Assembly (NCBI GenBank): GCA_964431775.1
Contig: CAYSKU010000003.1
Coordinates: 1-26,939, forward strand
DNA length: 26,939 nucleotides
Origin: an uncultured Ruminococcus sp.
GTDB lineage: Bacteria > Bacillota > Clostridia > Oscillospirales > CAG-272
Reading direction: 5' to 3'
Under the pieces are notes generated by a model. It was not told the DNA's origin, did not search any database, and was given only the letters and a program-made list of their open reading frames with translations. Positions 16,994 to 25,800 of the stretch are shown here, in pieces; within the stretch, counting starts at the first letter, position 1, and the number at the start of each line of letters is the position of its first letter. A program made the position numbers and the translations under genes.

Positions 16994-19900
16994 TATTCGC
17001 TGCGGAGGGCTTCGACGGGGTCTTTTTTGGCGGCAAAGTTGGAGGGGATCAGTCCGGCAATGAGAGTCAGTGCCATGCTGATCAGTATCAGCGCGACCCC
17101 TCCGACGACCGGCAGACGTGCAAGGTTCGATATGTCGGTCAGATGCTTGATTATCATGTTCGCAGGTATGCAGAGGAGCAGCGTCACACCGATACCGATA
17201 ACGCCGGAGGATAGACCAACTATCAAGGTCTCCGCGTTGAATACTCTCGATATGTCACGCTTCGATGCTCCGATCGCACGAAGTATACCGATCTCCTTCG
17301 TCCGCTCGAGCACGGAGATGTACGTTATGATACCGATCATTATAGACGATACCACCAGCGAGATCGAGACGAACGCTATAAGTACGTAGGATATTACGTT
17401 GATTATCGTCGAGATGGAGGACATCATGAGTGCTACATAGTCAGTGTAGTTTATTATGTCCTCCTCACGTCCATCGTCCGAGCAGCTGCGGTTGTACTCG
17501 GCTATGATCTCCGAGATCATGTCCTTGTCCTCGAACGTCTTCGCGTAGATGTTGACCGAGGTCGGCGAGAGCTTCGTGCTGTAGCCGAGAAGGGAAAGAT
17601 TGTCCTCGTAGGTCGAGTCGGAGAACCACGCCGGCATATACTCCGCATACCCCTCCGCGACCGCTTCGTCCGACAGCTCATCGAGAAGTGCGTCAAGCTG
17701 TGCCGCAAGCTCGTCCGTGGACAGCGTGCCGAGCTGACTCTCGATCTGCTCCGCATACGCCGCCTTGACCTGCGCCGATACGATCCGGAGTGCCATTTCG
17801 GCAACGTCCTCCTCGGACATCGAGGTCATGTACGCCTCGACTGCCTGCGCCTCCATGCCGCTCTGCTCGATCATAGCCGCACGTACCAGCTCGACCGCCG
17901 CACCCTCCGGCATTGCCGCAAGCTGCTCCGTTGCCTGTGCGAGCGCGTCCTCGTCCGACATGGTCGAAGCCTTCTTCGCGTAGACAGCAGCCTTGTCGGC
18001 TACATTCATCGAGGCTATCTCCTCACGAATGTACGGCGCGGTCGCCGCTCCCTCGGGTATCTCCGTCGTGCCGTCGTCAAATCTAAGCCCCGTCAGAACG
18101 TCTGTCGCCTCGTCCGCAAGCTGCGCCTTTATAACGTCCGCCTCGGCGGTAGCTTCAAGGATGTACTCCGTCAGCGCGGATGTGTAGCCGATAGCACCGG
18201 TCAGTGATGCCGCTACCGCCTCGGGGTCGGGACGAACGATACCCGATATGCGAAGCTTCTGTGCATCCTCGATAACGACCCTCATGAACGCCTCGTTGTC
18301 GCCCATGTATTCGAACGTTCCGTCCTCCGCACGGCGATAGCAGTCGGAGGGGAGAACGAGCGCGAATTCACGCCCGAGAAGCTCGTCGAACGCCCAGCTC
18401 GTGCTCTCCGCATCGAACGTCTCTCCTGCGGCAACTGCCGACATCATATCCTTTAATTCGTCGTTGTCCTTGAGACCGAGCGCGTACAGGAATACGTCGT
18501 TGACCTCGTTGTTCTTGTCGATGACGAGAACGACCTCGTCATATGAGGAGGGCCAGTGTCCGGCAACAACGTCGTATTGCTCCGACATCAGCTCCTCGTT
18601 GTCGATCATCTCCTGCCATATGCTGAGTCCCGAGGAGGTCGAGAGAAGACTGCTCATGCCGCCGACCGCACCGGAGGCTATGCCGCCCTGTGCCGCTTCG
18701 TCAGACGAGGGCGCGGACGCTGCACCGCCGAGCATAGTTCCGGCGAACATCTCGGAGGGATTGAGCCTCGTTATGCCGTCCGAGGTGTCGGTGGAGTATA
18801 TGTGCAGGGGGACGTTGTAGCCGTACATGACGGTGGAGGCGTAGTCTGATATGCCCGACTCGTCACCCTCGAGGTACTCAATGAACGCGGAAAGGTTGTT
18901 CTCGCGAACGTCTGCGGACATCATCGTGTCCATGAGGTCGTACATCATGACGTTCGAGTAGACGTAGCCGTCCTCGTGTGACTTGAGCGAACCCTCACGC
19001 GACTCCATGAGGGAGGTCATCAGTGAGGACATATCGACAGTTGACTGCTGTATCGAAATGGGGTAGGTGGAAAGAGTATCCTCCTGCACCTTGTCTATGT
19101 AGAGGTCGATACCGTTTGAGAGGGAGAGTATCAGCGCGATACCGATAATACCGATAGAGCCGGCGAACGCGGTAAGGAACGTCCGACCCTTTTTGGTCAT
19201 AAGGTTGTTCATGGAGAGGGAGACCGCCGTTGCGAAGGACATGGAGGTCTTGCCGCTCTTTGCGTTTTTGGCTCTTGCCGAAGCTGTGTCGGCGGCAGAG
19301 CTGTCACGGAGCTCACGAGCCTCCTCCTCGGGGGAATAGGGGTCGGAGTCGGAAAGGACACGACCGTCAAGGAGACGGATTATCCTGGTGGAGTAGCGAT
19401 CCGCAAGCTCGGGGTTGTGGGTGACCATGATGATGAGCTTTTTCTTTGCGATCTCACGGAGTATCTCCATTATCTGGACACTCGTTTCGGAGTCGAGCGC
19501 GCCGGTGGGTTCGTCTGCGAGGAGGATGTCGGGGTCGTTGACGAGCGCACGTGCGATAGCGACACGCTGCATCTGACCGCCGGACATCTGGCTCGGCTTT
19601 TTCTTCAGCTGATCGCCGAGACCGACCGCCTCGAGAGCCTCTGTCGCACGCTTACGTCGTTCGGCGCGTGAAACGCCGGAGAGGGTCAGAGCCAGCTCGA
19701 CGTTCGAGAGGACGGTCTGATGGGGAATGAGGTTGTAGCTTTGGAAAACAAAGCCGATGGAGTGGTTGCGGTAGGCATCCCAGTCGCGATCGCGAAAATC
19801 GGTGGTGGGAACGCCGCGCACGGACAGCTCACCGGAGGAGTAGCGGTCGAGACCGCCGATGATGTTAAGCAGGGTAGTCTTTCCGCAGCCCGAGGGACCG

Positions 19901-20019
19901 AGTATCGATACGAACTCGTTCGGTCGGAACGCGATGGAGACACCCTGTAGGGCGGTAACGTCGCCGGAGGGGTAGGTCTTCGTAATGTTTGTTAAACGGA
20001 GCATAGCTTGCCTTTCCAC
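16993..20019 (-). CDS. MacB/FtsX-type ABC transporter, fused ATPase + permease (1008 aa)
   Basis: GPSGCGKT Walker A, MSGGQMQR signature, LADEPT Walker B, one TM helix, large extracytoplasmic domain, FtsX-like C-terminus (SVLERTKEIGILRAIGA). Confidence 0.92.
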   Translation of the reverse strand: MERQAMLRLTNITKTYPSGDVTALQGVSIAFRPNEFVSILGPSGCGKTTLLNIIGGLDRYSSGELSVRGVPTTDFRDRDWDAYRNHSIGFVFQSYNLIPHQTVLSNVELALTLSGVSRAERRKRATEALEAVGLGDQLKKKPSQMSGGQMQRVAIARALVNDPDILLADEPTGALDSETSVQIMEILREIAKKKLIIMVTHNPELADRYSTRIIRLLDGRVLSDSDPYSPEEEARELRDSSAADTASARAKNAKSGKTSMSFATAVSLSMNNLMTKKGRTFLTAFAGSIGIIGIALILSLSNGIDLYIDKVQEDTLSTYPISIQQSTVDMSSLMTSLMESREGSLKSHEDGYVYSNVMMYDLMDTMMSADVRENNLSAFIEYLEGDESGISDYASTVMYGYNVPLHIYSTDTSDGITRLNPSEMFAGTMLGGAASAPSSDEAAQGGIASGAVGGMSSLLSTSSGLSIWQEMIDNEELMSEQYDVVAGHWPSSYDEVVLVIDKNNEVNDVFLYALGLKDNDELKDMMSAVAAGETFDAESTSWAFDELLGREFALVLPSDCYRRAEDGTFEYMGDNEAFMRVVIEDAQKLRISGIVRPDPEAVAASLTGAIGYTSALTEYILEATAEADVIKAQLADEATDVLTGLRFDDGTTEIPEGAATAPYIREEIASMNVADKAAVYAKKASTMSDEDALAQATEQLAAMPEGAAVELVRAAMIEQSGMEAQAVEAYMTSMSEEDVAEMALRIVSAQVKAAYAEQIESQLGTLSTDELAAQLDALLDELSDEAVAEGYAEYMPAWFSDSTYEDNLSLLGYSTKLSPTSVNIYAKTFEDKDMISEIIAEYNRSCSDDGREEDIINYTDYVALMMSSISTIINVISYVLIAFVSISLVVSSIMIGIITYISVLERTKEIGILRAIGASKRDISRVFNAETLIVGLSSGVIGIGVTLLLCIPANMIIKHLTDISNLARLPVVGGVALILISMALTLIAGLIPSNFAAKKDPVEALRSE

Positions 20020-20278
20020 GGCTGTTTCTCGGGCGACTTCAAGTATCTCTCTTCACTGTAAAAGTTATTCAAGGTCAAAAGCTACGTTTGAATCTGCTCG
20101 TTTACAGCTCAAATGTTAAAATTTCTTATCGCAATAATTATACCCACGGCATATATCGATTTCTACTCCAATTTGTAAAGAAAAGTTAAATTAGAATGAG
20201 TGGAAAGGGAAGCATAGTAGTACAAAAAGCACTGCAACGGTAGGGGAGATCGTAAAGTTTCATAATACGGTTGAGACG

Positions 20279-20609
20279 GCGGTCTGAGACCGCTCGTCGC
20301 CGTTGTCGCCACAAATGGCGACCGTGATGCCTCCCTCCGGGAGGGAGGGGGACCGCGTAAGCGGTGGAAGGAGAGCGCGTTACAATAAATTTGCACCAAT
20401 AACATTGTCGTGGGATATCTTTCGACCCAAGCTTCACGAACGCCGACTATGCCTGTCGCCTGAGCCGACCCGATTCATGCCTGTCGTCTCAGGCGACCCG
20501 ATGACTGCCTGTCGTCTCAGGCGACCCGATGACTGCCTGTCGCCTCAGGTGACCCGATGACTGCCTGTCGCCTCAGGCGACCCGATGACTGTCTGCGGTC
20601 TCAGACCGC
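20279..20609. repeat. H(+, 20279-20293) + module B variant + core(-, 20392-20447) + six ~28-bp H units (20443-20609)
   Basis: Units start at 20443, 20470, 20498, 20526, 20554 and 20582. Confidence 0.92.
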
Positions 20610-20619
20610 CGACCCGACC

Positions 20620-20648
20620 TTGCTTTTTTGGTGGCTTTGTTGTACAAT
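20620..20648 (+). promoter_or_regulatory. sigmaA-type promoter for cysteine desulfurase
   Basis: TTGCTT (20620-20625), 17 nt, TACAAT (20643-20648). Confidence 0.55.
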
Positions 20649-20725
20649 ATACCTGAAAAACGGCTCATGATGAGCCGATGCAGTCATACCGTAACACCGT
20701 AAATCCATGATCCGAGGTGATATTC

Positions 20726-21877
20726 TTGATATACGCGGACTATGCCGCAACGACTCCGGTATCAGAGCGCGTTTGCGCCGTACTCTCCAACGCTACTCGT
20801 GAGGTATTCGGTAATCCATCCTCCCTCCATTCGGTCGGACGTGCCGCCGCAAGGCTCGTCGATCGCGCTCGTGAACAGGTCGCCGCGCTCCTCGGCTGCC
20901 TGCCCGAGGAGGTCTTCTTTACCTCCGGCGGTACGGAGTCCGATAATCACGCCGTGCGACTTGCCGCAGGTCGTAACATCGTGACCTCCGAGATAGAGCA
21001 TCCTGCCGTCCTCGAAGCCGCTCGACATATGTCGGGACGGCTCGACCTGATCGATACCGAACCAAGCGGTCGCGCCTCCGTCTCCTCACTCGCTCACCTG
21101 CTCGGGGAACGTGAGGTCGCGCTCGTCTCGCTTATGTACGCAAATAACGAGACAGGTGTCGTGCAACCGGTGCGTGAGGCGGCAGCTGCCGCTCATGCGG
21201 TCGGTGCGCTGTTCCACTGTGACGCCGTGCAGGGCGTAGGTCACGTCATGCCCTCCGTCCGTGAGCTTGACTGCGATCTTATGTCCGTCTCCGGACACAA
21301 GCTCCACGCGCCCAAGGGTATCGGCGTTATATATATAAGGAAGGATATCGTCGAAAACGTTCCGGCACTGCACTACGGCGGAGGTCAGGAGCGCGGTATC
21401 AGGAGCGGAACGTTGCCCGTTCCGCTGATCGCCGCTCTCGGCGAAGCCTGTGACGAGGCACGCGAACGTATGCACGAGGACGACCGCCGTGTCACGCGAC
21501 TGCGTGACGCCATCGAGGACGAGCTTCTGACGATACGCGACAGCGTTCGTCTCGGCTCGGGCGAACGTATGCCCGGGATACTCGATATCGCGTTCTCGGG
21601 AGTGGGAGGGGAAGCACTCACGTTGCTCTGTGACCTGCGCGGAGTTGCGATCTCCGCAGGCTCGGCTTGCCATTCGGGAGATCTATCGCCCTCGAGAGTT
21701 CTATTATCGATGGACGTGCCGTCCGAGCTTGCTTTATCCGCGATACGCATCTCCATCGGACGATACACCACGTCAGAGGAAGCCGAGCGCATCGTCTCCA
21801 CCGTCCGCACCTGCCTCGCTCTCTCCCTCGGGTCTGTCGGGTCGGCTGAGCCGACAGGCATGAATCGGCGTTCGTGA
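20726..21877 (+). CDS. Cysteine desulfurase (IscS/NifS family); start more likely TTG 20726 than GTG 20717
   Basis: YADYAATTP, GNPSSLH, FTSGGTESDN, PLP lysine in SGHKLHAPKG, catalytic Cys in SAGSAC; GAGGTG RBS 6 nt before TTG. Confidence 0.92.
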   Translation: MIYADYAATTPVSERVCAVLSNATREVFGNPSSLHSVGRAAARLVDRAREQVAALLGCLPEEVFFTSGGTESDNHAVRLAAGRNIVTSEIEHPAVLEAARHMSGRLDLIDTEPSGRASVSSLAHLLGEREVALVSLMYANNETGVVQPVREAAAAAHAVGALFHCDAVQGVGHVMPSVRELDCDLMSVSGHKLHAPKGIGVIYIRKDIVENVPALHYGGGQERGIRSGTLPVPLIAALGEACDEARERMHEDDRRVTRLRDAIEDELLTIRDSVRLGSGERMPGILDIAFSGVGGEALTLLCDLRGVAISAGSACHSGDLSPSRVLLSMDVPSELALSAIRISIGRYTTSEEAERIVSTVRTCLALSLGSVGSAEPTGMNRRS

Positions 21878-22173
21878 AGCTTGGGTCGAAAAATATCACA
21901 CGACAATGTTATTGGTGCAACCTTGGTCTACAGAGCCGCCTGAGCCGACAGGCATGAATCGGCGTTCGTGAAGTTGAGGTTTGAGGATGACCCACGAGGG
22001 TGGAGTTTGTGCAGTCTGCAAAGGCAAACGTTCTATAGATACCGTGCAGTCTGCAAAGGACAAAATTTCTGTAGACAAGTTTGCACCAATAACATTGTCG
22101 TGGGTCATCTTCCAACTTCAACTTCAAGTGCGCCGATGACCGCCGCCGATGACTGCCTGCGGTCTCAGACCGC
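21841..22173. repeat. H + cores(+) at 21864-21919 and 21958-22013 + core(-) at 22082-22137 + reverse H (22159-22173)
   Basis: Direct alignment; the first unit overlaps the last codons of the desulfurase. Confidence 0.92.
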
Positions 22174-22573
22174 CGCCAAAATCGACGTTTTCGAAAATTT
22201 TGTGCATTGTGCTTATGTGTAGAAAAACGAGGTCGATTTTTGTGCAATCTTCACAAAAACCAAACTACCCCTGTCACGCCCCCGTCACCTACCCCTTGCT
22301 CGCCCTACACACAGTGCAGTAAATCAAATTTACCTCACCCAACTTTATTCATAATTGCGACAATATGATTACAAAAAATACGCATTTGTACTCTGCAAAC
22401 GTTCAAAAAATATCAAACCAACGTAAATTATATTTACTTACCGTGAACACCCGAACAGACCCATGCGGAGACGGCAGGTTTCAACAGGGAAATCAAAAGT
22501 TTTTCAACAGGAACGGTGGGGAAAGATGACTTTTCACGCCGAAAGAATGCTCTTTTGTCTCTCGTTGTCGCGC

Positions 22574-22602
22574 TTGACTTTTTTGTGTGCTTATGATATT
22601 AT
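22574..22602 (+). promoter_or_regulatory. sigmaA-type promoter for the sugar ABC operon
   Basis: TTGACT (22574-22579), 17 nt ending in TG-n, TATTAT (22597-22602); an overlapping TATAAT lies at 22600-22605. Confidence 0.6.
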
Positions 22603-22842
22603 AATGTCATATAAATATCGGGAGTGGTGTATATTTTGCGCTTCCCGGGAGATATCGGTGGGTAAAACGTTCCCACGGTCTCCGTATATATGTTTTTTTG
22701 ACTCTCTGACGCACTTCGCAAAGCATTGTGACTGTGCGTCTATAGCTGTCAAGAGAGCATAAGATTCCCCGAATCGGGTGGAGTCCCACCACCGTCGGTC
22801 AGCGGTCGGTCAGACTCAAAAATTAGCAGGAGGAAGGTTTAT

Positions 22843-25800
22843 ATGAGAAAAACCACATGCAAAAAGCTGACGTGTCTCATGCTGTCGCTTCTTATGTGTG
22901 CCGGTGCGTTTCCGTCGTTGATATCTGCGGCAGATACGTCCGAGAAGACTGAGAAGACGGCACTTCAGGAAATCAGCGAATCCTTCAAATTCATCTCCTA
23001 CGCTGAGTATAAAGAAAAATACGCAGACGTGGCGAGAGGAACCGGTACGGTAACGGTATCTGCAATCGATTACAAAGCGGATGAGACCGATGCAGAGGTC
23101 GAGATCGTATCAGATTATCAGGGCGGCAGCGGAAAGGCTCTGATGATCCCCGACGCAGGTAAGGTCACATGGGAATTCGAGGTTCCCGCAGAGGGGATGT
23201 ACGCGGTAGCCATCGACTACTGCTCCGTCACCGATAAGACCAACTCCATCGAACGAACTCTCTACATAAACGGTGCGGTACCCTGCTCCGAAGCAAGATA
23301 TCTTCTTATGAAGAAGACCTGGCGGAACAATTATACCGAAAATCCGGAGACCGGTGAGCTTCGCTTCGAGGTAGACAGTAACGGAAACGAGCTTCGCCCG
23401 ACCTCTACTGTCGATCATGAATGGAAGACCTACGAATTCATCGACTCCAATACCTATTACGCAGATCCTTTCGAGTTCTACTTCCAGAAAGGAACTAACA
23501 CCCTGTCCCTCGAGGCTGTACGTGAGGATATGGTGGTCAGCGAGATACGTATCTATCCCTACGAGGATAACGTATCCTACGACGAATACGTGAGCGGTAA
23601 GACAGAGGCCTCCGCCGAGCCTATCCACATCCATGCGGAAACTCCCTCGGCTACCTCCGACTACACTGTATATCCGATTTATGACCGTAAATCCCCTATC
23701 ACAGAGCCGCAGGACGCATCTAAGATCATGCTCAACACGATCGGTAGTGAAAAATGGACTACTCCCGGTCAGTGGGTGGAATACGAATTCGACGTTACCT
23801 CCGCGGGTCTCTACGAGATCGTGTTCCGTTACAGACAGAACGAGCTTCCCGGTATGTATACCTCGAGAAAGATCTATATCGACGATAAGATCCCCTTCGA
23901 AGAGGCAAACTACGTTAAGTTCAACTATAATACCGAATGGCAGGTAGAAGCCGCAAACAACGGCGCAGATACCTTCCAGTTCTACCTCGAAGAGGGTCAC
24001 CACACCCTGAAGCTCGAGGTAACTCTCGGTGAGATGGGTGACGTCGTTCGTCAGGTGTCCGATATCATGACGTCTGTCAACAACGACTACCTCGAGATAC
24101 TCAAGCTCACCGGCTCCAGCCCCGATAAGTACCGTGACTACGGCTTCGGTCGAGTCCTTCCGGACGTTATCGAGGACCTCGTAGTACAGCACCTCGCACT
24201 CGAAGAGGTCATCGGCTACGTTGAAGGTATGGCAAACGTAAAGTCCCAGAACTCCGCAACTCTGGACACTATCTCCCGCCTCCTTCTTAAGATGGGTACC
24301 GACGAGGACGAGATCGCAAAGAACCTCTCCGAGCTCAAGTCTCAGGTAGGTACTCTCGGTGAATGGATCAACGATGTAAAGAAGCAGCCCGTCGAGATCG
24401 ACTACATCAATATCCAGCCCGCTTCCGCAGAGCTTCCCCGTGCAAACGCTAATATATTCAGCGCAATGTGGTTCGAGATCAAGAGCTTTATCGCTTCCTT
24501 CTTCACGGACTATAACTCCCTCGGTTCCTCCGGCAGCGTTGGTGACGAAGCCGTCAACGTTGACGTTTGGGTAACCACGGGTCGTGACCAGGCGCAGATC
24601 ATCCGTAACCTCATGGATAACGACTTCGGTCCGTCCACCGGTATCAACGCAACTCTTAAGCTCGTTGCCGGCGGTACGCTCCTTCCGTCCGTCCTTGCAG
24701 GTGTCGGTCCCGAGGTAGCACTCCCGGGTACGGGCGTTGACCCGATCCAGTACGCTATCCGTTCCGCAGTCCTCGCGCTCAACCCCGATGCATACACCGA
24801 TCAGGAGGGCGACGACGAGGAAACAAAGGCGTATAACGCAAAGATGCGCGATGCCTTCTCCTCCTTCGATGAAGTCAAGTCCAGATTCACCGAGGCTGCG
24901 TTCATTCCGATCACCCTTTACGGTAAGACCTACGCACTCCCCGATACTCAGACATGGAACATGATGTTCTATCGTACAGATATCATGGCTGACCTCGGTC
25001 TCGAGATACCCGAAACATGGGACGATCTTCTTGCTATGATCCCCGTGCTCCAGTTCAGCAACATGGAGATCGGTATGTCTCAGGACTATCAGATGTATAT
25101 GTACCAGATGGGCGAAGAGCTCTGGGCAGACGACGGTATGAGAATAAACCTCGACTCCAACCTCTCCCTCGAGTCCTTCGAGACCATGTGCAATATGTTC
25201 ACTCAGTATTCTCTCCCCGTATCCTATGACTTCGCTAACCGTTTCAGAACAGGTGAGATGCCGATCTGTATCCAGGCTTATACCGCATACAACAACATCA
25301 TCATCTTCGCAACCGAGATCGCAGGTCTTTGGGACTTCGGTCCGATACCCGGCTTCGAAAAGGAAGACGGCACTATCGATAACACCTCGATGTCCTCCGT
25401 ATCCGCTCTCGTTATGATGGCAGGTGCAAAGAACATCAAGGAAGCATGGGAGTTCATGAGCTGGTACACAGATACCAAGTTCCAGGTAGACTACTCCAAC
25501 GAGCTCGTTGCTATCCTCGGTCCCGCAGCTAAGAACGCGACCGCGAATATGGCAGCACTCGAGGAGCTTCCGTGGACGTCTCACGAGTACGGTCAGCTGA
25601 TGAAGCAGATGGCGAATACCGCTGCTATCACCGCATACCCCGGCTCCTACATCCTCGGTCGTTACACCAACTTCGCATTCCTCGCAGCATACAACGATCA
25701 CGCAGACCCGGTCGACTCGCTCCTCGGATACATCAATACCATCAACAAGGAGATCACGAGAAAGAGGACCGAGTTTGACCTCGAAACGCTTGAGATCGGT

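Noticed and set aside
20443-20609. TIGR-like (box C/D) guide array, suggested by CGATGA and CTGA motifs in short tandem units
   Set aside because: Units lack independent variable spacers, CGATGA and the invariant TGA loop lie on opposite strands, and no Nop-domain (Tas) gene is present.
22700-22760. c-di-GMP-I riboswitch, suggested by CGCAAAGC
   Set aside because: Lacks the upstream GGCAAA/GNRA-tetraloop P1 hairpin and the tetraloop receptor.
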